Assembly (NCBI RefSeq): GCF_963853765.1
Contig: NC_088858.1
Location: 38,812,001-38,876,000 of the forward strand
Source: Magallana gigas
Lineage: Eukaryota
Direction: 5' to 3'
DNA length: 64,000 nt
Position numbers and translations under genes: made by a program. Positions within the stretch are counted from its first letter, which is position 1. Each line of letters begins with the position of its first letter. Positions 22,305-34,776 of the stretch are shown one piece after another. The notes under the pieces are model-generated. The model saw only the letters and a list, made by a program, of their open reading frames with translations, made no database searches and was not told where the DNA came from.

Positions 22305-22500
22305 TGTTGTTAGTCAAGTGATACCGCTTGGTTGCGCCTCTTGCTAAAATTAGCGACATTTAGCGCCTCTTTGAAGATAACCAATCGTCTGAGAGCATAG
22401 GGTGTTTCCTAAGATGACGATTAAACCGGGGTTTTCCCAATTTTCCCATGGTTCAGCATAATACGATATATATTATGAATGTAAACTATGGCTGCTAAAC
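22305..22500. promoter_or_regulatory. 196-bp bidirectional promoter between the SOCS-pseudokinase and spastin
   Basis: Divergent ATGs at 22304 (-) and 22501 (+). CCAAT at 22381-22385. kB-like GGGGTTTTCC at 22428-22437. Confidence 0.7.
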
Positions 22501-25500
22501 ATGAACAGAAAGGGAAACGGTCGGTTTTTTGGCCGAAGAAGGGGTGATAAGAGCAAAGGACCGCAGCGACAAAGAATACCATTCTACAGACGAAATTTTG
22601 ACTTCGCAGCCAGGCCGATTTTGTTTATTTTCGGTTTGATTCGTCAGATTGCATTCCAACTTTGGCTCGTGCTCACTTTGGTGGTCTGCAAGTCCCGAAA
22701 TTTATCACGAGAAGGTACTTACCGTCGAATTAGGGCTGATGTCACAGCGGACGCTGAGAGCGCTATGACGTCACCGGCAAGAGCAAAATCGCCGTCCCCT
22801 GCGGAACCTATACTGACTCAACAGAAGCACTACCACAGAAAAGCATTTGAATATATTTCAAAGGCGCTCAAAATAGACGAAGAAGATGCAGGTTTAATGA
22901 ATTCAATTTCTTTTATTTAAAATCACACTCTTTACTGCAGTTTTCATAATGTTGCATAACTTGCATTGCCTCACAATTTTGAAAATAAATTGATAAATAT
23001 TTGCACGTGTTTATTTACATTTGCCCCTTTGAGGATGCAGAAAATAAGCTATAGCGGTTTTTGTGAAAGACATAAGCCTCTATGATAAAATTAACCCTAT
23101 ACTTTTATAAATTATGTTATAACACACCTGCCCAAGATACAAAAATCTGACTGCTTTGATGTTAACTGATCTTATCTGGTTCCTGATAACAAGTATCAAG
23201 TGATACTGGACTCATTAAATCTAATTAACATCAAAAGTGGCTTAATACAGGGACAATTATGTTTATTGCGCAATGTCTTTCATATCGTAATTGGCTTATC
23301 TGGAAGCACCATGTCTAGCTGTACATTGTAACGCAAAGATTATAGCTATGTGTCAATGTTTTGTTCGTGTAGGGAAGAAGGATCAAGCGGTTGAGATGTA
23401 CAGAAAGGGAATAGATGCCCTACAAAAAGGCATTGCAGTGGAAGTGAACTATGGCCATGGTAAAAGATCATTGTTATCACCAGCTTCCAATAACGGGCTT
23501 TGGTTTAATTCTATTCCACAGAAAAGACATTAAAATTTATCTGCTATAAAGGAAAACTGAACGAATTTCAATCATGTTGGCTGACTCTCAGTTTACAAAT
23601 GTAGCCAGCAGATATTGGAGGCACAATAGACTAATTTTGATTAATAGATAATGTTTTGTCCTTTTAACTTATTTATGAGTTTTATTGTCCATTGTTTCCT
23701 ATTTTATGACACAAGTTATTAGAAATTATAAGTTGATCGAACACTGAAGGAATTTTAATTTTTTGGAAATTTTTATGCTTAAAATCGAAAGCTTATATAG
23801 ATATATTTGGATGCATTTGCATGGATAATTACATTATTTAAACCTAATATACTTCAGTATGTTCAGTTTTCAACTCCAATTGAATTCGCATTTGTATAGG
23901 TGAGTCCTGGGACAAAGCTCGCAGACTTCAAGAGAAGATGATCACAAACCTGGTCATGGCCAGAGACAGACTAGAGGTGCTTGGTATGTACAGTAGACGT
24001 CAATGTGACAGTCTTAAGATTAGGAAATGGCCAGACTTCAGTTACTGTAGTTTTGTACATTTTTTTTTTTTTTAATTGTTGTTTTATCTGGTAGTTATTG
24101 TCTTCGGGATATTGCTTTGATCATATTCTGAATTTTCATTGAATCATTCACCAAAAATCATACCATACCATTCCATTACAACTTTTTATATGATTTGTGT
24201 GCATAACATTATTTTTCATTTACAATTAGCCTATGTCAATTTTTTTTTTCTCTCGGTCCATAAGTAAATATTTGATTGTAAAGCATGCTTGAGTCGACTG
24301 TGAAATACTTATAGTTATTGATGTTTTATAATTAAGTTTTGGGCTTCTCATTTTTTCTTTTCTTTTTTATCTTATGTTTAATGTAATATTTCTGTGTAGA
24401 AAAAGCATTACTCCTCTGTGCTCAAGAGCCTCTCATGTCCGACATTGCTGAAGGGGTAGATCGTAATCCCAATTTACGTGAACGTCGACCAGCATCGAAT
24501 GATGCTCAAGCACCGAGCGGCAGAGCCCAGAAACCCCCCTCTACAGGTGAGGTAAACAAGAGAAAGGCGTCTGAAGGCAGCGAAGCTGCAGGTATTCGAG
24601 GATAACACATCAGCAATGCTTGATAAACTTTATGATTTGGAAAATATACCTTACTGTTTTGTTTACTTGCATTTATGTTTTGATTTGGCGCTTATTTCAT
24701 TGTGTGGTGTCTTTGCACTTACCTTGCTATGTGTTCCTAATATTATTTGATGATAACCTTGCCTTATATGTGACCATAGTGTTGGTGTATGGACATCATG
24801 GTATATTCTGGGGTTTTCCATGTAAATCTCTTTTACATGTATGTTTTGTTGATGCAATATAAGTCATTTTTTGTGATTAAAAGAAATTCCATTTTGATTG
24901 GATGGCAACACACTATCATACACCTAATAAGGTTTATGAAAATAGGGAAAATTTTTATCATTAATACTTCACCAATCTTAAAAAAATAACTATTATCTAT
25001 TTCCTCAAATTTATATTAAAATGGATAAAATCTGTTTTCATACCTGTATTTTTAATTTCTATTACCCTAACCCATATTTCAGCATGTTTCATTTCACTTT
25101 CAGCAACCAGCAAGACAAACAAACCTTTAAGACAGAAACCAATGGCAATACATAAAAGTAATTCACTTCCCAGAAGCAATCCCAGGGCAGAGAACAAAAT
25201 AAACAGCCCAGCGGCGGCCAGAGAGTACTACAAACAGACGCCCAGACTAAACGTAAGAAATCAAAACTCTGTGTCAAGAGGTCAAACACTATCATGTCAT
25301 CAGATACATGTACCAAAATCTCATACCCAACACGACAAGTTGCGAGTGGTATAATGTTTTTAACCTGTCAGTCAGTCAGTCTGTCTGTCCGTTAAAAAGA
25401 GGATTTTTGTAAAACAAAAGGTGTTCAGAACAATTTGTGCATATGAACAGGATTTTCTGATTCCACAAATAGTTATAAACAATTTGTCAGTGCAACTTCT

Positions 25501-28500
25501 TTTACCAGTAAACAACTGCACAGAATTTTGGGAGACTTTAGGGTATTAAGAACACAATGTATTACCAGAAATTTTCAATTGCATTATTTTTCTTTGAAAT
25601 TTCGACTTTTTAAACTTGGAATTTTGGCTGTTTATTGAAAATAATAGAGATAAACAGTATGTCAGCTCAGCTTCTCTTAAACTGCTGCATAAATGTATAA
25701 TTTTGTTGACTGGTGTTTAAGACAGAACTATAGATGACAGTGCATACATGTATTTACAGGAAGATTTGATGTTATGGTTTTCTAGGAGTTATGCCCCTTT
25801 ATTGAATTATATTTTATATTTTATAGTGCATACCCTGTCATTCATTATGTGTAGCATTGTCAAGTAATGTGGGAGCATGGGGTATGTGAGTTTGTTTTTT
25901 TTGTTTCAAAATTCTTTCCCTTTCTACCAGGCTCCAGGCAGTAAGAAAAAACCAGATTTGTCCAAGATGAAATTAAAAAACGTAGACAAAAATATAGCAG
26001 AAACAATTCTGAATGAGATTTTGGACACTGGACCTACAGTTACATTTAAAGACATAGGTGAGTGTATATAGGTACCGTACATGTACAACAAATTTATTAT
26101 GGAGAATCTAGAGATTACAAATGGCCTAAATGAGGTCAACTTGTTCAAGACAACTGATATTCTTTATACTAGAAGGTACTTGTATTAAACTTTGAAAACT
26201 GTGGTATCTATCATACTAATTATTGTGATATTCCTTGACTTTTTGTATACCAGTGTTTTTAAGAGGATTTAATTCTAAGCATTATATGGAGAGTCTTTTA
26301 AATGTTATAATTGAATAATTATTAGAAGAAAAAACATTGAAGGCTTGTTTAATGTGATATAAAAAACCTGTGACTTGTTGATTACAGCTGGACAGGAAGC
26401 AGCTAAAGAGGCCTTACAGGAGATTGTCATACTCCCAGCCTTACGACCAGAGGTAACGCAGGCTTACATTAATATTATAAACAAAATAAACAAAATAAAC
26501 AAAATTATAATTGTGTATGAACATTGAAGTTAACTGATAACAAGGAATGAGTAGTACATTTTAAAGACACAGTCAAACCTTGTTATCTCAAACTCAATGG
26601 GACTCTTAAAACAAACCTTTTTAAAAGACATCCATTTATTTGAGATATTGGGGTAAAACACTTATAAAAGAGTAAGTGTTTGGGACTTCCAAATTACTTT
26701 AAATTTAAAGCATACATTTATATTTTGATTCAATGTTTGGGACTTTTGAATCACTCAGACATGACCATGGTATTCAAAATACATGTACTGATGTTTGAGT
26801 CTGTGAATTCACACTGTACATGTTTATTTTTATTTGTAGTTATTCACCGGGCTGAGAGCCCCTGCCCGTGGCCTCCTCTTGTTTGGTCCCCCAGGGAATG
26901 GTAAAACTATGCTGGTGAGTTCAACTCATTTAAAAAAACCTTTTGCATTGTGTTTTGCTTATCCAGCATAAATTCAAGTGAAATCCTTTTTTTTATACTA
27001 CTCAAAAGGTAGAGGTATGTTTTATCCAAGAACTATACTGTAAAGTTTTACTAAAATAATGCTGTAGTGACTTGCATTTACCTATTCAACGAATTTTTTT
27101 CCCTATAAGTTTATACATATAATGACTTTCATAATATTTATCATCTACATAGACTGTATGTAAAATCCATTTCAATGCATGTATGTATCAATAACTGAAG
27201 AACTGTAATTCTGTACACAGGCTAAAGCAGTGGCCAACGAATCCAATGCAACATTCTTCAATATCAGTGCCTCAAGTCTCACATCCAAGTGGGTGAGTAT
27301 CAAAATCATCGCAAGTACCTACATGTATTTCTAAATCTTATGGACTGGAAAAATAAACCTCACTGTGAAGAAAAACAAAGTTCTACTTCTACATGTTCAA
27401 TAACTTTTAAGATTGAATTACATTCAGTATGGTATTTCTTTATGTGCAGTGTTAACTGGTTTACTAAGGTTTTGCTCTCAAGCTTTTGCAAAAGATCCAT
27501 TTGTAAAAGGGTCCACCACACCTTTTGGAAAAGTTTCTCAAAAAAGCACATTATGTAATTTTTCTAAAGCTATGATATTCTTCCACGTGAACAAATTGAA
27601 AATGCATGATTGTAAAAATGCAATTTTATGGGGTAAAACATTATTTTAAAAATATTTATAATACCAAGAGTCCCTGTTCTATTGAAACTCAAGTTTTGCA
27701 GGACAGTTCTGGCAGTATGTTCCCATATCTACAGTGCTACAAAAATTAGACAAACAAATATGTCTCATTTATAACATGTATAAACTATTTTCTAATGCAA
27801 TTGGCTGAAAATATGTGTACACCCCCTTATTAAGTACTGGTATACTGGGTAGGTATTTTTATCTGCTTGGTAACTTTGGTAGTTTTGAAAGCATCCAACA
27901 ACCCTTTTACATTTTCTTGTGTTTGGCCATGAAATTTAAGTGTTACCCCTTTCTGTTTGTCAGTCATTCCATCCTTCTGTCTTTCCATGGGTCTGATTTG
28001 AGATCGATTTGACTTCTTCAGCAGAGTTATGACCCTTAGATTTTTGCTTTATTTTGAGAGGAGATTTCCCCTTTGATTATTCATATGTGATAACTATATA
28101 ATAATGTACTTGTATATAATCCTCATTTAAACATTTTTATCGTCTAGATGTCTTGTACAAACTTGTTAATAATGAATGAATATACATGTATTAACAAAGT
28201 TACTTTGTACTGGAAATTTTAGTTTAATGCCAGCAGAGGCCAAATGAATTTAAGTCATGCACAGAGAGAGAGGTTTGTGTAAGGTTTATGTGTGAAATGT
28301 GACCAATATATTACTCTGTGTGCAAACATAGTTTGATGCTTGGGCACAGCTGTTCTGTTAAGGTGGGTCCCTACTGAACATTGGTTTCATTTAAGTAAGT
28401 GATGTTTATTTGTATTTTTTTTCATGAAATTGCAATAAGAATTTCACATACTATTTCAAATTAGACCAAAACAGTTATGTCTTGTCTGGTTACTTTTCTT

Positions 28501-31500
28501 AATCAGACAAATGAAATCAACTGTTACCAATAATTTGCAGTTTTCAAAACAATATGGGACTAAACAACTTTTAAGTCCTTTTCTTAATTCTAGTTATCAT
28601 TATGTAAGAAACTAATAAATTTTGTCACTTTCATTTATTGAAACAAAAACGAAAACTGGTGAGAAAAGTATACCAAATGAAATATAATAAATTATTACAA
28701 AATTACACTTATGCATCTTACAGTTTTCATTGTTAACCACCTTTTTGTCCCTTTAAACTATTTGATGTGTATCTGTTGCATTTAAAAAGCTAAGAGTTTA
28801 TATGCTACTTTCTTTTTTTTTCTTTCTATTGATCTACAAAATTAATCTAGAACATCTTTACTTTCATAACAATCAATAAACTACAACTTGAGAAAATATT
28901 AACAAAACATTTTTTTAGACAATAGCAAAGTCAATATTTGCACTTCATTGGCTTGTTTTGAGAAACTGTCAAAATCTTTCTTTCACACACTGCTTCTAAT
29001 GCAATATCACAAACACAAAATTAACAAAAATTTAATATATCACTTATGAGAATGAAAGATGAGAATATAAAATGGTAAAGACTTATGAGGATGTCATTTT
29101 TGTAGGGACCTATCTAAAGATTGGTCACAGATATATATTTTTTTTTATTTTTAAGAGTGTCAAAATAATATAGTTACTAGCAACATTCAGTAGAGTTGTT
29201 GCCTTAGACATTTTCTTGTCAAACTTTTATCCTTCTTCTGCCTCATGAATTCAGCTTATTTTTAAAAAAAACTGCTTTCTTAATGTCTGTGTAATGAAGA
29301 CTTGTCTGCTGGCAAGTGTCCTTTTGGTTTTAACCCCACTTCCCTCAAGATCATATTTTGATTCAGAATGAGATCAAACATTTTAAAACCTTCCAAATAT
29401 TATCAATAAGACCATCTTAAAAGTTATAACTATTTTGTTTACCCTTTTCACCCTATCAAATAATTCTTCTTGTTATATAGGCAACATGTTTTACTCTATT
29501 AGTTTTTTTTTTTGCTTTATTATATAATTATCGAATTGTCATTCCAAGAATCTTTAACAGGGTTTAATTATACTCAGGTGACTGTGATGGCCCTTGGGCC
29601 TTTTGTTTGTTATTTTAGGTTGGTGAAGGTGAAAAGCTTGTCAGAGCTATGTTTGTTATTGCTCGAGAGCTCCAGCCATCAGTTGTGTTCATGGGTAAGT
29701 GTGCCCCCCCCCCCCCCATAACACGACTGTAATGATGACAATTCCATCAAGAGCTTGAAAGCAAAGATATTTTGAAACAAACACATTTGAATTTTCTTGT
29801 TCCATCGCAGATGAAATTGATTCCCTTTTATGTGAGCGAAGGGAAGGGGAAAATGATGCTAGTCGCAGACTGAAAACAGAGTTTCTTGTACACTTTGATG
29901 GGGTAAGAATCAAACTGAAGTATAAAAAAAAAAAAATGACGCTAAGTACTGGTAAGACATATATTGACAAAGAAAGAAATGACCATGTTTCTTGTTTGTA
30001 TACATAGGTGTCTGGGATTGCAGGCAGTGGTGATGATAAAGTATTAATTATGGGTGCCACCAATCGACCCCAGGAGTTGGATAACGCAGTTCTAAGGTGC
30101 GGCCTAAGATCTATTTTGGAAAAATATGTAAAATAAATCCATATTCTGATTGTCCGAGCCTTCAAGACATGGATATGTGTTTCTATGTATAATGTATAAT
30201 ATTTGTCCATTTTCAGGAGGTTTGTTAAACGTGTGTATGTGAGGATGCCAAACAAAGACACACGGAAGGGTATGCTATGTCACCTGTTGTCCAAACATGG
30301 CAACCCCCTGTCCAGTCAGGAGCTCGACCATATAGCGCGGTATGTCTTCTTGTATAGGTACTCGAATATTCGATATAGAAGAACTGTTGTATGATAGGAT
30401 AATAGATCTACAGTAAAACTCGGTTATAGCGAAGTCCTAGAGACCAATGGATTTACTTCATTATAACTGTTATTTGTTATATCCATATAACAAATTCTTA
30501 ATTATAACTATAGCAAATTCTCTATATACATGTTTTCTTTAACCAGACTACAAATTTTGCTAATTGAGTCTTTGAATGAAAATGCATTCTTTAGATACCT
30601 TTAAAAATTGAATTGTAAATTGAAGAATTTATGCGAAAATAAATTCCTTCAAAGTATTATTTTTAAATGGTAGTGCAAACTTTTTTAAACTGTAAACAAA
30701 TTAGTTGTAAAAGTGTTAAATTTTGTTATTATTCACCTCTATGGGACTCAAAATTAGTTCGCTTTACATCTGAATTCGTTATAACCGTAAAATTTTGCAA
30801 AGATTTCTGAAGAAATTTACTGGGGACTAAAAGGACTTGGCGCTATCCGAGAATTTGCTATATCCGTATTCGTACTAAACGAGTTTTACTGTACAAGTAT
30901 AGGGAGAATTCGCTATATCCATGTTCATACTAAACGAGTTTTACTGTACCAGTATACTACAAAGTACAACACTTATTAATAACCATACATGTGTACCTGC
31001 ATGTGCCAGGTACTAATAGTTTATCACCTTCAAGTTTGTTATTTTTTTAATCATCATGCTTAAAATCTGTGTAATGTACATTATTAGATTAACAGAGGGC
31101 TATTCAGGAAGTGACCTTAATGCACTTGCCAAGGATGCAGCTTTAGGTCCAATTAGAGGTAACTGAAATCTTTGGAAATATACTGTAAATGTACAATACG
31201 TGTTTATATACACATGTTCTTATTCCCATGCATTCATAAATATTGCATACTGTTGAAATGTGTTTATGTAAACAATAAATAAACTGATGAGATATTCATG
31301 TAAACTGTAAAGATAGAAATGTTCGCAAATGTTATTCAAAATATCCAGATGTAGTTACAGTGAATTAACTTGTGAAGGATACAGTATTTGATTATACATA
31401 TACAATGTATCAGTTAAGATTTCTGATTAGGTGTTAATGTAAGATACATGTACATGTATGCACTGTAACAGTGAGAGATTATTACACTCTGAATTGTTAT

Positions 31501-31909
31501 GAATTTTATTTTCTTTCAGGTTTGTCAGCAAAAGAGGTCAAAACTGTGGATGCAAATCAGGTAAGAACTTTTTATGTGTTGCTGAAACAAACACATTTTT
31601 ACAACAGAAAGATCCATCAAATTTAGCATCTACAGATCATTGTAATGATTTTTGAAAAACTTTAAAAAGTTAATTTTCAATTTGATGACTGAAATTAATC
31701 TACAATATATAGATGTATATATACATGCATATTAATACATTGTTATGTATGTCTTTCAAGAAAACTTGTTTATTTTGGAATTTTAGGTTCGAAACATAAA
31801 GAAAGAAGACTTTGAGGAGGCCCTTAGAAGGATTCGCCGGAGTGTTGCACCAGATAGTTTAAAACAATACGAGGACTGGAACTCCGAATATGGTGCAGTT
31901 GGTTTCTGA
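22501..31909 (+). CDS. SPAST: Spastin (MIT + AAA+ microtubule-severing ATPase), 603 or 618 aa
   Basis: Exons 22501-22891, 23373-23459, 23900-23983, 24400-24546 (or -24591), 25104-25252, 25931-26057, 26388-26452, 26840-26914, 27221-27292, 29619-29694, 29811-29902, 30008-30096, 30217-30339, 31088-31158, 31520-31560, 31787-31909. Features: N-terminal hydrophobic hairpin, MIT ([16 protein letters not shown]), Walker [21 protein letters not shown] pore loop, Walker [24 protein letters not shown]. Confidence 0.97.
29573..29608 (-). mobile_element. Helentron terminus remnant just upstream of the spastin exon 10 acceptor
   Basis: CTCAGGTGACTGTGATGGCCCTTGGGCCTTTTGTT matches the reverse complement of the 12129-12163 element end at ~28/35 positions. 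Confidence 0.7.
30411..30946. mobile_element. Tc1/mariner-pogo-type MITE in a spastin intron, with a duplicated right end
   Basis: TA|CAGTAAAACTCG at 30409-30422. CGAGTTTTACTG|TA ends at both 30891 and 30946. Confidence 0.8.
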
Positions 31910-33396
31910 TTGCACCACCATCTGCTTAATATTTACATTCCAAATTCCATTTTTATCATTTTCCATTCACATCTCTCATTTTGTCAGTTCTTAATTAGTT
32001 CATGAAATACTTTTTAAAAAAGTGGTGTTGGGAACCTGAAAATTCAATATTTAGAGTTTTGTTGCCTATGCACAGTTCCAAAAACTTTTCTAAGTGCATT
32101 GATCTTGTTTTGTTTATTGTGACAATATTTAATATCAGGATATTTTTTCCTGGATCAAGGTATTATGCAAAGTTTTGTTTATCATACAGTAATTTATTGT
32201 ATGTCTTTTCTAAGTTTTATATTAACTTGCAATAATACCCAGGCATTTATGTGAGCATCAAAACTATTAGCTTGGCAGAGAAGATAACATTTTTCTGTAT
32301 TTAACATACCTTTTTCATGTACCTGTTTATAGAATTATATGTACAGGTAAAGTACATGTATAACAGTTGAGTCAAAAACTGTAACCTCCAATCATCTAGT
32401 CCTTGAATGTTGTGTTGATTTTTTACACTAGTTCGAAATGCATTTACATATATACATGCATGTGTAATTGGATGCTTTGTAAAAATGCGAAACTGCTGAC
32501 TAATTGCATGTGGATTTTTTTTCTTTCTAATTATTAATGATAAAAATAAACATGTTTCTGTTTGTTACTGGTAGTGATGTGTAAAGTGTATAATTTTTTC
32601 TATATTAAAATGTTTTGTGTCCTATTAACTGAAGAATTTAATTCCATGAATTTTTTTGCCTGGTTTGAAGGATGATAATTAAGAGGGCTGGATAGTTGTG
32701 GCCACTTTTAGACTGTTTTTATCTCCTTTAGAAGAAGAGCTTTGTACAACGTTGTAGGGAGCTACTTAAAAATTTAAAAAATGTAAAACGTGTGGAATTT
32801 TTCTTTACAAAATAATAGTTTTGATAGTGAAACAAATCATATTTAATTAAAGGTAGATCTGATAAGTAATTTTTTTTTACCACACAGCCTCTTTAATGAT
32901 TCTGTTATACTCTAAAGTTTTTCGAAAATATAATAATGAATTTCTGTTTATGGAATTGCAACTGTAAAACTGTTTGTGTTTCGGTCAAAATTTAAAGTAT
33001 TGTTCAACTACATTGTAAATGATACTAGTAGTCTTTTCATTTATCATGCAAGTAAGATCAGACTTGGGCATTAATTAATTGAAAAGGGAAAATTGTCTTA
33101 TTAGTAAGAATCCTGAAAAATACTCTGCAAGCATTTTATTGTACAGGTAGTTCATGATTCAGGTAATAGTACTTGTACATGCAGTAGCAGTGTTGAATAG
33201 TGTATATTTTGATGGAAAAGAATTTTTCTACACGTGATTATGAAAATTTGTACTTATAAAAGACAGGAAATTTGTTTGCAGTTTTAAATTAACATTGGAC
33301 CATATGAGTGCTTCTATTAGTTATAAATTAACTTTGTCAATTGTTACCAGAAAATGCAAAATCAGAAGTTTTTTTTAAAAACATAAACACCATTAA

Positions 33397-33864
33397 AGGG
33401 GCATGGTCATGATTTTGGAACAATTTATGCCCTTTTTTTATGCCAATTTTAAAGACCAACCAAAATTTGAGTGTCAGTTGTAGAGGTACCGGTAGATGTA
33501 TTGGCAAGACACAGAGCTTGCTTTTCTTTGTTAAGTAAACAAGGCTCGTGCCATGTTGTTGTTTACATTGGTTCAATACACTGTTAAAAGTTGTTTTTCA
33601 AGCTGATTTTTTTCTATCTGCTAATTTGTTTTGAACAGAACATAAAAAAACAGTTTTTAGCATTTTTTACATTCATTTTAGGTCTAAACCTGTACCATTT
33701 CAACTCAAAATGTAAACAAAAATCTGAGCTTTGTTTACATAACAAATAATTTATAACTCTGCAACTGACCCTAAAAATTTTTATGACTATTAGAAATGCC
33801 TAACTGAAGCATTGTAAACATAAAGGGAAAAATAAGATTTGTCCAAAATCATGACTATGCTCCT
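33397..33864. mobile_element. Non-autonomous TTAA-target (Kolobok-like) element
   Basis: TTAA at 33393-33396 and 33865-33868. TIRs AGGGGCATGGTCATGATTTTGG / CCAAAATCATGACTATGCTCCT. Confidence 0.8.
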
Positions 33865-34544
33865 TTAATATGTATGAACCCATTACATGTTTGAGGAGAT
33901 TGAGGCTACACATCTTATAAATGTGCTGTAGGAACCACCTAGATTTTCCTTGTACATAATTTTAAAAGACTGCAAGTTACATCATGTACCAGCTTTATAG
34001 TAGATTTAACATTTGAACAGCTTTTGCCTATATATATGCCATATCATATTTGATCAATTTTTTGGGAAAGGCAGCATGTTAGTTTGAAAGATAAGAACTA
34101 GAATATAAAGTGTGTGTAGGGTTAGTTTGCCAACTCTTTATATCTAATAAGTAAGCATTTGGAGTTTCCTCTTTTTCATATTATGGGAATAAGCATTAAG
34201 TGAGCCAATCATGTTAAATGACATCACACGGCTTTCTGCTTTAATTTATATGCAGGTGTATGATAAGCAATATAAACAAGAATTAACAAATGCAACAAAC
34301 CTAGCATCAACAGGTTTTCAGATCTTGCTTTCTACTAAAATAAGCTTGCAACATCTTTGATATTAATGTGTGTTCATTGTCCATTTTAGAGAATAAATTT
34401 GCGGTATATGAAGTTAGTTTTGTTGATTACCATACTTTTGGGATGAAGATAAATCTAATAATTTGCAGAAAGTCTTAATTAGTTCTTTAAATAGCTTTGG
34501 GGAGAGAAAATGCATCTACTGGTATTCCTTTAAATAGAATATTT

Positions 34545-34776
34545 ATTGTGAAATCATCATTGTTTCTGGGGGACCAATGTTTATGGCTTTCGTGGGCAAA
34601 CCTTGCGCACAAACTTGCATCCCCACCAAAATATACACATTCACAAGCATTTGTTTAATATTTATTAACAAAATAGAACCTGTTACGAAATTATGTCCCC
34701 ATGAACCAGGAAGATTTTGGCTACCAACGAACGTTCAACTCCCCCCCCCCCAAAAAGTAAAAATGATTCCACAGTA
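34545..34776. mobile_element. Degenerate TA-flanked MITE
   Basis: Right end AAATGATTCCACAG|TA at ~34761-34776, with a degenerate left counterpart TTGTGAAATCAT near 34547. Confidence 0.45.

Noticed and set aside
29689-30261. 190-aa minus-strand ORF
   Set aside because: Antisense to spastin exons 11-13 and their introns, with low-complexity intron-like translation.
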